Assembly (NCBI RefSeq): GCF_001194135.2
Contig: NC_068984.1
Coordinates: 34,956,003-34,999,474, forward strand
DNA: 43,472 nt
Direction: 5' to 3'
Source of the DNA: Octopus bimaculoides
Taxonomy: Eukaryota
Part shown: positions 23,679-36,905 of the stretch, piece by piece
How the letters are laid out: each line of letters opens with the position of its first letter
Numbering within the stretch: position 1 is the stretch's first letter
Made by a program: the position numbers and the translations under genes
The notes under the pieces: model-generated
Database searches by the model: none
Told to the model about the DNA's origin: nothing
Seen by the model: only the letters and a program-made list of their open reading frames with translations

Positions 23679-26604
23679 AACAACAAACAAGATGAGGACG
23701 AATATCCGTCAAATGTGAATAATGTAAATAATGTAAATAATTCCTCATCTCTTAAATATAGAACTGTATTAAGAATGTAGATGAGAAGGGTTTTTTTTTT
23801 AAACTGAAGCAAAAGATTCTAGAACTTGCATTAATTTTCTGTGTAATTAGTTATGTGCAACAGTCGTAAAAATCTGTGAAGCAAAGTACACAGCTCGCAA
23901 TCTTACAGAAAGCGAGGAAGAAAGCTAGAGCAATGTTGGTATTTCTTCTAACCTTTTCGAGTCCTATCAAACGGGCCAACCCTCGTTCTAAATGAGTATG
24001 GGCACGATTCCATAATGGTACGTAATATCAGTCATTCTGTTTATTGTGCAATATTTTATAGATTTGATCAATTACATTTCCAACAGACAACTGCTTCTCT
24101 TCGTTTTTCTGCACAAATATGCAATTGTAAATTATGAAATCTAGCCCAAATACGTCAAATTTCCTATGTTCATGTTTAAACAAAAACATAATGTCAATTC
24201 CTAGGTATGGTATACATATAATTTTCGTTAAGTTTGCATTTACCTATTTAACGCGGAGAACATTAAACATTTTGAGATGAAGAGTGAAGAGAACGCTATA
24301 TTAATCGGTGGCTATTTCTACTTTAATTATAAGGACAAGTACGGAAGACTCTTCTAAACATAATTCGATCATAACAGACTTCTGCATCAAAGCATTATCT
24401 TCACTGTATGTTCTTGTCTAGTAATGTGAATCAGTAAAATGTGAAATATCTTTGCACGACCTGAAAAATTAGTGTTAGAAAAGCATATAGCATACAATGA
24501 TACACTGTGCATAAAAAGAAAACGGTGGATAATTTATTGCCGACATACTTAATGCAGATATCATTAAAATATCCAATTTGGAATAATTTAAATTTGATCA
24601 TGACTACCACTACATTCAAAGATCAGATAACATCAATATCGATTTATATTTAAATGGATTTTTATATAAAGTCTATCAACTAAAATAAATTAGGCATTAT
24701 ATGCAAATTATTTCAGTCTATTACTCATGAAGAGCTATTCCAAAATTCTAAGATACAATTGAGTAAAACTACATTATTGTTATGATGCAACACAGTGAAG
24801 ATCAACGATAGCATAGGTTTTATTAACTTTGCAAATCAACAAATAATACTTTCATTTAACGATTGCTTACAATTCGTATAAGCGTAATATTAGCTAGTTA
24901 ATACAAACCCGTTCTGTTTCATTTCCATTTGTTTTTATTTATTTGTGATAATAATACATATAATTAAAAATTATCTTCATTCTTCTCTTAGTATTACAAT
25001 ACCACTATGATGACGAAACTTTATAACGCTTGCAGTATTATGGAAAATTAATAAAAGAAGTGGATATAAGAGTGTTAATGTATTTTAAGTAATTAATTTA
25101 ACGATTACATTGGTTTAATTCCGTTTCAGCTCACGAAATCATTTGAAATATTTTACCTAGTATAGACAACATAGGAAATTTTAAGTTATTGTTCTTTCTT
25201 TAAAATTTTGTGCGTTTTCAAAATTAAACCAGGTAGTTTTTTGGGATATAAGAAAACAAAAAAAAATTGACATAATTTTTTAAAGGAATATGCTTCAAGA
25301 AAAGTCGTAAGCAGTGTTAATGACGCTTATTCTGTATTGCTTTAGCATTTAACTGCATGACAAATACATTTTGATACTATCATAAACGCTACTATCAATT
25401 TTTATCATGTTTAGTTTCAACGATACGATATATGTATATNNNNNNNNNNNNNNNNNNNNNNNNNNNNNNNNNNNNNNNNNNNNNNNNNNNNNNNNNNNNN
25501 NNNNNNNNNNNNNNNNNNNNNNNNNNNNNNNNNNNNNNNNNNNNNATATATATATATATATATACAACGCGTCATCGACAAAGTATTTATATACATACAA
25601 ACACACGCATACACACAAATATATATGTAAGTGTGTGAATGTATATGCTTGCGTGCGCATTTGTGCGTGTATGTGTGTGTAATGACTCGCAGTAAATGTG
25701 TTATCAAAAAGTGATTCTATTCCCGAATTGTCTATATTCTTTAAGAATGTAGGAGCGAACAACCACCATTGGCCTAACCACTAAGTCATGTTTGTCATTC
25801 ATCAGTTTTGTATCAATAAATAGTTATAGATCTCTACTTGATTGATGTCTACATTTACTATATAGAAATATAAAAATAGCCTGGAAAATATTCTGTTGCT
25901 CTTCCGACCCATAGTCTTTAGTGCAAGTCATCATTAGGCTTTTCATTGGTTATTTTTACAGAATATATACAAGTCTACACAACTTTAGATTTGACTCCCA
26001 ACGACAAAAAGGGGTATTTGAGAGAATTTTGGCTGCTAATTCTAGAGGATCTTATGATTGAGTATACGCAGCCAACTTGGCTCGCAAATGGATATATTTT
26101 CATATTTATGTATAAGCCTAGGTTTATTATATATGCATTAGTTGGGCTATTTATCAACACTTTCATCAAATACAATACACATTATATTGTTTGGAGCAAA
26201 GAGCAAAATTAATACAAAAATAATTCCATCAGCCATTAATGTACTCTTGTACAAGAAGCCGACAATGAAACCAGAATACTTAATGAGATTTAGGCAAGCG
26301 TGTGTTGGACATGATGTCAAAATAAGTAGGAAAAATAGAATAAGTATTTGCTAATTGATAAACTGTCTTAGATTTCCGTCTACTAAATGAGAATGAGGTT
26401 TTTGAATTTTACTCTTACTATTGTGTAATTTTCTTTGACAGGTTAGAGTGAATAAATTTAAGGAAGCTTATTGAGTGTTATGGCGAGAAACGTCAAAGCA
26501 TTAGCAGTAATGTTTAATACTCATCAAAATTTAAATGTTGGATTGCTTACAGCTCACACGCGAGCATGTTCATGCGCATACACGCAACACTTACATACAG
26601 ATAT

Positions 26605-26779
26605 CTATTAAATCTATCTACCTATCTACCTATCTATCTATCTCTCTAACCAACTGTATTTTTATCTGTCTATTTATCTCTCTCTCCATATATATTCTTT
26701 ATATAGTTTGTGAACAAACTATGTTCTCGTATATCTATCTATCTATCTATCTATCTGTCTATATCTATCTATCTATCTA

Positions 26780-26823
<44 letters not shown>
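26605..26823. repeat. (TCTA)n/(TA)n compound microsatellite
   Basis: Direct reading. Confidence 0.93.
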
Positions 26824-26885
26824 NNNNNNNNNNNNNNNNNNNNNNNNGAGCGGGTGCATGCGTGAACTTGTGTATGTGTGTGTGG

Positions 26886-27215
26886 CAGGGTGTTGGGGAT
26901 ACATTTGACAGTCTGCACAAAAGGAAGAGAAACAGAATATCACATGCAAAATTACAAATATTTTTCATTTTTTTAATCAATATCTATTTCTAGATTATGG
27001 GTGAGAGATAACAGATTACTGAACGGAGCTGCCTTCCATTCCCAACACTGCCTTAAAACGTCTCGAGAATCTAGTGTATGCGCTCCTCGTTGTGTGCATA
27101 GGAAGATCACCGAACGCTTCTTTGCTCTTTGCCACTAGCTCTGCCTTGGTGTTACAAGCAGAGCATTCGGTGTCTTTCCCAACTGCGTTCACATATAGTT
27201 ACCCATCGGAGTAAA
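26886..27215 (-). mobile_element. Tc1/mariner (maT/rosa-like) transposon 3' end
   Basis: Minus translation PMGNYM*/NAVGKDTECSACNTKAELVAKSKEAFGDLPMHTTRSAYTRFSRRFKAVLGMEGSSVQ* matches the post-catalytic C-terminus pattern (P-L-D-Y-Y-V-W ... RL-x-AV...G). TIR-like CAGGGTGTTGGGGATACATTTG starts at 26886. Confidence 0.7.
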
Positions 27216-27798
27216 TAGAATATAGACTTTTTTAATTTTTTAAAAAAATGATAAACACTTCTGGCATGCTAGGCTATTTATCAGAAGTATGGTAAGGAGC
27301 ATACTACTACTGCTACAAAAATCGGTTTCCTGCAGATTTCCTCTCCATCCAGGGTTTGAACACGCTCTGCAGCTGCTTCACAAAGCTGTCTTAGATAGAT
27401 ACATAGATAGATAGATATATAGACACACACACACACTCACACTCACACTCACACATACACACACAAGTTAAAGAGTGTTGAGTTTGAAATTTAAGTGGCA
27501 AGCTTGGATTTTCAAAGTTAAGTCTACACTCATGAGATTAATCGGCAGATGTATTTAGGCAATCATCGGAAAGAAAATAAGAAGTGGCCAGTAGAACTTT
27601 GCTTTCAGGGTGGTCATAAACATTTAAGTGCCTACTTTGCCTTTCCATGTAAAAGCTGAATAGTCTTCATAAGAAATACAAAGATGCATACATACATGCA
27701 CACACATTTACTTGCAGACACACATATATGTATATGATATATTTTATTCGCGTCTAAATAATATGTGAATACGTTCGTGTAAATTATATATATATACA

Positions 27799-27801
<3 letters not shown>

Positions 27802-27872
<71 letters not shown>
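27802..27872. repeat. (TA)n microsatellite
   Basis: Direct reading. Confidence 0.98.
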
Positions 27873-27876
<4 letters not shown>

Positions 27877-28624
27877 GACACGCATATTGACATTCTGCTT
27901 GGACACATACAATATACCATATACCTATGTGTACACGAACGTCTGCAAGTATACCTGTATGTGTATATATCATACATATGTATATATTTACTTTGCCTGG
28001 TGTAAAACCAATTTGTTAAAAATGGATCAATAAAATTAGCAATATTTTAAAGTAATGTGAACATGCTTTTACAAAAGGGTGTCGGTAAAATTGACTGAGA
28101 GTAGTCTAAGTGGTACACTAGCTTGGCCACAATCCATATTTGCAACTATTAAAATAACACATTAACAATAACATAACGTTATATTTGTTGAAGTTGCCAG
28201 CAAATGACTTTAAACGTATGAACGGGGAATTCGTATCTTGTCACCGATGCTGCTCTGTGTTCGTGATTAAATGAATTATCTCTGAATGACCACTTCTGCT
28301 AAATCTACATTAGCGGCATCACATGGATAGTGTCGAAATGTGTAAACAGTTGTAACACTATGGGATTAGCAGGATGTGAGTTAGTTCACAGTGTTAATAA
28401 AATCCTTCTGTGAATTTATCATGCACATGCTCTTAGCACCTATGTAATGGCTGACTTTAAAATTACGTCTTTCTTAGTCTCTTACTGCCTAATGGATTAT
28501 GCATTCATCATATTCAGAACATCTAAACATTGAAATCCCAGAAATATATGTTGCAAAAGTATGTATTTTTGCAATATCTTTGTTATCCTAACAATTTGTG
28601 CGTGTGCGCGCATGTGTGTGTGTA

Positions 28625-28664
<40 letters not shown>

Positions 28665-28942
28665 ACAGTTTCAAACACAAGGGCTCTTTCAGTATGTAAA
28701 AAAACAAAGACAAATGTTTATCTCATTGCTGTTGTAACCTAGCCTCAACTGAAATGTCGTCGAGCAGATTTATGAGACAACGTATTCCAGCACCTCCGTG
28801 TTATCTTTCTTTGGGGAATCAAAGAGTAAATGATTTCCTATTTCTCTAATATTAAAACAATTTCATAGAGACATGACTGCTATTTCTAGCATACACAGCT
28901 ACCTTGACAATACAGTTCTATTCATAAAAAGATGTGTATGCT

Positions 28943-28977
<35 letters not shown>

Positions 28978-31090
28978 ACGTGTGTATTTATCTGTAATTA
29001 TATTTAGACAAACATCATTGCATGAAAAGAAGGATAACATGCCTGATCATGATGATGCCTGCTTTTTGGTTACATCTGGGAATTAACAGCCGTGTCCTGC
29101 CCTACCACTCATATGATGGGCACTGCTCTAGTGTACATAAATCGTCATTCTTAAGACATAAATCATTGATAAAATACGATATGTTGAAGCATCGATTAGT
29201 TTTACTTGTATTTCTGAAACGGCTAAAAGGCTAACTGCACTTGAAAATGTGTTTATCAGAAAATCATTGCTCTTGGTGATCAAATCTCATCAAAGAGAAA
29301 TGTTGTACGGGAATAGATTATCGATCATTTGGTTTTGGCCAGCATTTTCAGTGCCAAAAACAATCTAAGTAAGTGGTCATGCAAACCCTATTGTATTTTC
29401 TACATATGAAAATAAATTCACTTAGTGTTGGTCTGACCTTACATCGGCAATAGGTTTCTATGCTGTTGCTGTTAAATCTTATGCAGCAAATTTACTATAT
29501 TGATGTCGTGGGTTCAGACAATAATTTCTTAAAATAAAGATGAGGTCAAAATCAAAAGTATCTTTGCAAGTTAAAACTTCAAATAATAATTATGGTGTCT
29601 TTTGGATTCCGTTCAAAATCTCTATACTGGTGACGAGGGGAAAATTACATGCAGCTACTGTCAAGCTTTTCCAATGGAATTTTAAATGCGAGATGAAATA
29701 AAACTACATTATGACTCCAGGTTGCCTGCTCATTATCCTTTACACTATATCACCTGCCAGGCTTGATAATGATATATTTAAGAGAAAGGGAATTATAACA
29801 GTGAAGCATCCAACTAACAATGATATTTTCCTTGCTCTGGCACTGAGCCACAAATGCATTGGTGAGGTGTAAATTCGATTACACATAGTGTTTTAGAGTG
29901 TATTTCCATCTTCATAATTTGAGGTGCAGCAAATTCCTTTTGCTATACATGTAATGAATATTCAGGTGTTGAAGCAGTGGAAAAGAACATTTCAAAATGG
30001 AAAATAAGTGAGTCGATACCTTTCAGCATGTAAAATTACCGGATAAATTAATCCTTATTTTAAAGATCCGTATCGATTATTTTACTTTCAATGATAAATC
30101 TGCGCCTGAGTGTAGTCCACAACCCAGCTTTGCATCTTAGTTTCATAAAATACGTGTCTTTTAAGGCAAACTTCCTTAGTGTTTACTTCATGCAAAGTTT
30201 CTCATTCTTACTTTCACGTTACTTGTGTATATACTGTTAGTCGTATCTGACATAGTATTGTGTTCATTTATACGCACTTCCACATATTAAATATTTTTAA
30301 AAGGATCTTTTTTTAAATTAAAAAAACATTTTTTAACATATTTGTCTTTTGAGAAAATAGGAGAAAGGCTTATATTTAGCATTTTTTTTTTTTTTGTCTT
30401 GGGGTCCATACAAATATGTGGGAAGCATGAATTGAAGTTGAACCAATCATTTATATTTACCCCTATAAATTGATGGCATTCTGCCAAAATACGAATCAAT
30501 ACATATATTCAATTTTGTTTTTAATTATGAAATAAGGTAGAATATATAACAATTTCAGTTGAAAAACATTCTGTTAGTTGATAAATTATTATTGAAAAAT
30601 AAAAACTGAAGTAATAAACAGAGACAATAAAAAACGTAACTGTAAATGAAGTGAAAATAAAATGGATGTACTTAGAACAATATATTAAAAGATTCGATAC
30701 TTCTAAATTTGATATAATATTTCAATAAATAACAATGATTAGATTTTCTCTGAGATAAGAGGCTTCTAGACGATAGTTTTAGTAAACAAACAGTACATTA
30801 TGGTTTTCATGTTCTACGTAGAGACTCGGAATAGCTGAAGATAATTAAAATTCTAAAAATTGATTATGGAATATAAGGTATTCGAAAACAAACGGAACTC
30901 GATTAAAAGTATAATAAATAACGCTAGATACACTGTAGTGAATAATAAATTCCTACAAGCATAAATATTGGTATTTTACATTATTGTTTTGATATTGTAT
31001 TCGATAGCAAGCTGGGAGGCGGATGGCCTTAATTCAGGTTTTCAACATGCTATGTGTTGAATGTATTTTACGTTCAGACGTTGTTGTTCA

Positions 31091-31130
31091 CCTAGATCAG
31101 TGGTATCCAATTTCTTTGGCTCAGAGTCCC
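31091..31130 (+). mobile_element. Possible hAT/Charlie-like terminus (one end only)
   Basis: CCTAGAT followed by CAGTGGTATCCAATTTCTTTGG resembles a CTAG target plus CAGTGGTTCCCAAC TIR. No partner end was found. Confidence 0.25.
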
Positions 31131-31324
31131 TGTTCACTATATACCATTTCACACCCAATCCTTTCACAAAAAGATAAAATTAAAAAATAGTTTTATCATA
31201 CTGAATGTTGGTGATTTTATGCCAGTGAGAGTGATGGATTCAAGTATTATATACATACATGTGCATGTGTATATGTATATGTCTTTTATATAGCTTGTAT
31301 GTATATGTCTCTTATCTTTCATTT

Positions 31325-31510
31325 TCCATAGTCAATAGACTGCGGTCATGCTGGGTCATCACCTGAAATCTTTTTCGACGAATGAATACACACCAATATT
31401 TCATTTTGTTGTCTGATAATTATTCTATCGGCTCTTTTACTACACATCTAAGCTAGTGGGACGTAAACGCACTGACACCGGCTGTCAAGCGACTGTGGAG
31501 GACAAACACA
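31325..31510. repeat. Interspersed repeat, third family (SINE-like)
   Basis: AGTCAATAGACTGCGGTCATGCTGG...TATTCTATCGGCTC...GGAGGACAAACAC is homologous to 4522-4655. Confidence 0.7.
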
Positions 31511-31609
31511 CATACTAAGACACGCATACACTCACATGTACGTGCGTACATACACACGCACAGGAACATACGCACACTTGCGCGCACACACACACATATA
31601 TGCCACGGG

Positions 31610-31748
31610 ATTCTTTCAGTATTCGTTTACCAGATCCATTTTTTATGGCTTGGTAACCCCACCGAAGGCTATAGAAGACTGGGACTGCATTCCGAACCAT
31701 GCGATTGAGAACCAAACTTCTGACCACACACGCACTCCTGCGCCTACA
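31610..31748 (-). mobile_element. SINE, second family, degenerate
   Basis: CACGGGATTCTTTCAGTATTCGTTTACCAGATCC...CCGAACCATGCGATTG...GACCACAC. Confidence 0.65.
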
Positions 31749-33239
31749 CACAAACACAAACAGACACGCACGCACAAAACACACAAACACGCACATATAT
31801 ATACTTTTAAGTATATTTATGCAGTAACACACACACACTAGCACACACCGACTACATAGTTCGGCAAAATATGCGAGGAATTTATTGTATTTTATCCCTG
31901 AATTATAATTATATAACCTCATAACCTCATTCAGTATTCTTCCTCCCAATAACAAACGCAATTAGTTGTTCATATTCCCTTTTATTTTAATCGTTTAAAA
32001 CTTATTTTATTTTAATTCTAAAACTCACTTTCATATACGCTATTCATTCAATTATAAATGTATCTTAATAAATAAGCCATTAGATACCATCGAATTATCC
32101 ATTCATAATATTCTGTATTTCAACGTATTTAATCGTCTAATAAAATACTCACTTCATGACTTAGAAATAACCATGATAATTTAAATGAATTCTTTGACTA
32201 TTTCATTATTCAACTCTGATTTCCCTTAGAATGAAGAAATACTCGAAAGAAAAGTAAATAAAAGAAAAGGTATCTATTCCCCTTCAACTTCTATTTAATT
32301 ACATGCATTAATATATTCATTAATGTCTAATTAACGATGTGTGAAAAGTGGTAGGCTCTTCAATAGCGGAATAGTGGAATAATTGAAAGTAAATTTTTCT
32401 CCGTTTGCAGAGCTAGAACAGGACACATAATAGAAGAGTCGAGGATTTATATAAATAGATCTGTGCACCACAGCCGAAGCCTATCTTACTAAAAGAGAAC
32501 TTTAAACACAAATAAGGATAAGATATTTAGGACTTCTTTTCAAGGATATGAGTTCAAGTCGCACCGCAGTTGAATATAGCCTGCAGAAGTATATTGAGAC
32601 AGAAGAATATAGACACACATCATTGAACTATGATAGATACATTCAGGGTTTTCAGAAAATTGCATATCATAAAGGTCTGTCAACATTTTATGTTTATAAT
32701 TACTGCACCTGCTCAAGCAAGGGTCAACCGTCTGTGTCTTTGTATTATAGATGTGTAAAGAAGTGACATGAATGTATATGCATGCATGAATGAATATACG
32801 TACAAGAATTCCTACATGTAAATATCATACCAAGTTCATTATTGCAGGAAATGAAGCTTGCAAATCATTAGCATTTCATTTTCTTTTATTCATGCAATTT
32901 TTTAAAATTATTCAGATGAGGCAGATCAAACAAACATGCACATGCACTCGCGATGGACACTCCCGTCGAAGACGACGTATGGATTTTAAGCTTCTGCCGA
33001 AAGACCTACGCGAAGGATTGGTTTAAAGTAATCGAATCTATGTGGTATGCATTAGCTCACACCTTTAATCAAATGGAAGTTGCCTGAACAGGGACACAAA
33101 ATACCACGGGTCAGGTGCCGAACAGATCGCATATATATATGCGCATATGTGTGTGTGTGAGTGTGTATGTGTGTGTTTGTGTAAACAGAGTTAGTGGTTA
33201 TAATAACCGACTAAAGGATGAAATATCCGTGTATACTCA

Positions 33240-33540
33240 CTCAGCAACAGTCTAAACCCTGCAACCATGCAAGGCGGTATAACTTCGCATGTCAGATGGA
33301 AGCAATTTTTGAGGCAAATGACAACCTCATTTTGTTAATGAGTGACGAAGCTAATTCTCATCGCAATTGCATGATGAAGAATCAGCAGAACTGTCGTTAC
33401 TGGGGTCTTGAAAATCAGACAGAACTGTACAAAATACCATTGCAATGCTGGAGAGAGTGTAGGCCATCTTTCAAGAACGCCTTCATAAATTCAGCAATGA
33501 AAACGGACACCACATGATGGATGTTGTTTTCCATACTTTA
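33240..33540 (+). mobile_element. Internally deleted Tc1/mariner (maT/DD37D-like) transposase remnant
   Basis: LLMSDEANSH...NQQNCRYWGLEN resembles the SDEAHFH...NKQNCRYW first-aspartate motif. It is followed directly by the C-terminal MLERV*AIFQERLHKFSNENGHHMMDVVFHT. Confidence 0.75.
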
Positions 33541-33594
33541 TTTTTAAGTTTTTAAAATGTTAATTCAATACGGTCATTAAAATTGTTTTGCAGC

Positions 33595-34310
33595 TAAAAT
33601 TAATGAAGCTGCTGGTGAGAATGTGCTGTATATTGAGAAGAATCAATGCTTCAAAGTACCACCCACTGCTGGTTTTCTCGCTTCAAAAACGGGAATTTTG
33701 ACCTCAAGGACAATCACACACCAGTCGACCAAATGAGTTCGATGAAGAGCGATTGAATCAACGTCTCCACGAAAATCCCCGTAAAACGACCATAGAATTG
33801 CCGGAACAGATGGATCGGGTGAACCACCTTCACTCAATGGACAAGGTTCAGAATCTCAGTGCTTGGGTGCCACACACTTTGTGCGAAAAGAGCAAAAATC
33901 AACACTCCACAATCACCGCCGATTTTCTCGCCCCACATCGGTCGATGCATGGTCAAAAACAACGTTTTCTTTATCACATTGTCACTAGCGATGAAAAATA
34001 ATGAAGCAGCGAAAAGAATAGCTCAGCCCCGACAGAAAAGAGACTCCGCGAGCAAAACAAGACCTTCATCTTCGAAAGACCATGTTGTGCGAATGGTGGG
34101 ACTGGGAAGGCAGAATTCGTTAAGAACTGCTGGAGCGCCACCAAATATTCTTTGCGGAGCCCTATGTTCAACAACTGCACCAACGCAACGAAATAATCGA
34201 GCAAGAAAGACCGGATAGGCGAAACGACGTTCTTCTGCAACAAGACGACGCCCATCCTCACATCGTCAATATGACCAAAGCTGCGATTCTTTTCTTTCCT
34301 ACTCTAGGCA
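33595..34310 (+). mobile_element. mariner (DD34D) transposase pseudogene fragment
   Basis: GNFDLKD, LHENPRKTT.EL, AWVPHTL (WVPHxL motif), RFLYHIVTSDEK, TMLCEWWDWEG and VLLQQDDAHPH are present. Multiple frameshifts; truncated before YSPDLAP. Confidence 0.93.
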
Positions 34311-34324
34311 GAAAGCCCGAATTT

Positions 34325-34421
34325 TTTTTTGTGAGGGAGCCAGTCGATTAGATCGACCCCAGTACGGAAATACAACTTAATTTATCGACCCCGAAAGGAT
34401 GAAAGGCAATGTTGAAATCAG
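34325..34421 (-). mobile_element. SINE fragment abutting the mariner remnant, runs into gap
   Basis: GTCGATTAGATCGACCCCAGTAC...TTTATCGACCCCGAAAGGATGAAAGGCAATGTTG. Confidence 0.8.
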
Positions 34422-35580
34422 NNNNNNNNNNNNNNNNNNNNNNNNNNNNNNNNNNNNNNNNNNNNNNNNNNNNNNNNNNNNNNNNNNNNNNNNNNNNNNN
34501 NNNNNNNNNNNNNNNNNNNNNNNNNNNNNNNNNNNNNNNNNNNNNNNNNNNNNNNNNNNNNNNNNNNNNNNNNNNNNNNNNNNNNNNNNNNNNNNNNNNN
34601 NNNNNNNNNNNNNNNNNNNNNNNNNNNNNNNNNNNNNNNNNNNNNNNNNNNNNNNNNNNNNNCATATATATATCCACTGCTTATATGTCTGTGTGTGTAT
34701 GTGTGTGTCTGTGTGTGTGTATGTGTGTGTATGTGTGTGTGTGTTTGTGTGTGTGTGTCTGTGTGTGAGTGATCAGCCAGTGATGAACTATTGTCATATT
34801 GCCTTAAATTTACAAGGTGATAAAGTGTTGGAATAGAAGTCTGCTAGACAATTCTCTATCAGGAAGATACCTATTCCTAATGTTCTTAAATATGAGTTTA
34901 AATTCTACCTTCATCCTTATATATTGCTTTGTTACAGAAGGGTCTAAATATGTATAACAATAATTTCTTTATGCTATCGCCGTTAACTTCAGACAGTCGA
35001 GACTATAGATCACATCTGTAATGCAGTGAAGGATATCCTTAAACAATATGTTATTGACTATATAATTATGGACACATAATAAATATTTTGAACCTGTATC
35101 AATTTCCTAAAGTTAAAAAACAAGCAAAACAAAATAATACTACTACTACTAATAATAATAATAATAATAGGCTTAAACTTAAATGCTTTCCAGCCCTCTG
35201 AACCACAGGAAATATTCATGAATCTAACAAAACTATTCATTGTTTATTCCGTATTCCTTCCTTTTTATGAAAAGCATCTTCCTATATTATCATTTAAATT
35301 GTGTATGAGCTGTTTTGGTTATACATTTACATGACTGAAACTTAACTAGACATATGATATCTCAATTCTTTGATAATTTGATAGAACACAACGTGAAGTA
35401 TCGCAAAGCTTGCCTATGAAATATTTAGGACAAGTCCTTGACTATATTGCTTGCGGCCTACAATTTAAAGAGCTACATACTCACATACACATACACAAAC
35501 TCAGCAACGCACAGACGCATCCACCTCAAACCCCGTAAACCCACAACCCCCACACTCCATACAAATACACACACAAATAG

Positions 35581-35627
<47 letters not shown>

Positions 35628-36871
35628 NNNNNNNNNNNNNNNNNNNNNNNNNNATATGTATACATAAAATATATGCATGTATATATTATATGTAGTATAT
35701 GTATGTGTGTTTTAGAACAAATATCATAAGAATATCTATGTCTTTGTTTTCATCTTGTATTTTATAGCAAGTCGATATTAGTTCCTTCGAATTAATAATC
35801 ATAGTCATATTCATTATTTCTTTTCCACATTAGTTCATGAGATATATAGTTTTAAGTAGAATTCTATGCTAAAGCATTTGATACCGTTGCAAAATATATT
35901 CTCCAATCCTTATATTTCCTCATAAACCTGCATTAAATCTAGCATACCTTGTCTATATAATCTCGATTTATTTGACATTGTGCATTTATTTCTCTTACGG
36001 CTAGCATCTATTCACACTTAACGCCGCCTCTCTTAATTTATTCATCTCATGTGTTCGGGAAATACATTAGTTTTTTTTTCTTAATATGACATAGGACCAT
36101 TCACTTATCTCAAACATACTTCCATTATTCACCACCAATATAAGAAATAATTATTTATAAAATTTTAGTCCAGCACCACACATTCTTGCGTCCACCATGT
36201 AATGGATGTTTTAAGAGATTACTCCCGGGTATAGTATGATATCCTTCACATATATAGTTGTCGTTGTTGTTGTTATTGCTAAACTGATTGTTTGTTTGTT
36301 GAAATATATCATATATGTTGGGAGTGGTGTACAGGTGGCATTGCGAAAGACGTATACCAGTTAAAGCAAACAGATACGATCGGCAAAGACAGAAATTCCA
36401 TAAAATTGTGATTGTTGTAATTGGAGCAGCAGCAGTAGCTACATAGCTATGGTTTTGGTATTACTACCAGCATTGTCATTAGTACCGCCAAACACAGACG
36501 GTGCAGTAATTGAAGCTTTCTGCAAAGGAAGCATAATAATACTCCCACTACCACTTCCACATTCAAAACAGCTGTAGCAGTAGGAATAGTTGGATACATA
36601 TAGAAACAATATGAACACGGGATTGTGCGAAGAAAGCAACAAATAATGTGCAAATCTAAGAACGAAAAGATAGTTGAAGTAAGTCCAAGTATGATCTTCT
36701 GAAATAAGTAAGAATTACAAATATCAAATCAACTGAACGATGAATGAAACATGAAGAAAATTGGAAGTTAAGAAAGAAGGTATGAATTGAGAGAACGAAA
36801 GAGAGAAGTAGCTGAAGAATGTGGCACAGCACGATGCCTGACAACAGAAAGAATACGACATAGAAAGAAGG

Positions 36872-36873
36872 AA

Positions 36874-36904
<31 letters not shown>

Positions 36905-36905
36905 A
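36872..36905. repeat. (AATA)n microsatellite
   Basis: Direct reading. Confidence 0.95.

Larger units (their letters stand above)
22891..23779. mobile_element. PLE insertion: two outward-facing inverted terminal repeats around an (ATT)n-flanked gap, 12-bp TSD
   Basis: 22903-23033 is the reverse complement of 23594-~23725 with few differences. The direct repeat ATTAAGAATGTA occurs at 22891-22902 and 23768-23779. Same repeat family as 13196-13358. Confidence 0.9.

Noticed and set aside
29020-30007. Block with short open frames (MTPGCLLIIL..., SFCYTCNEYSG) and a strong donor AA|GTGAGT at 30007
   Set aside because: No recognisable family, frequent stops in all frames, and joining would need an implausibly short intron.
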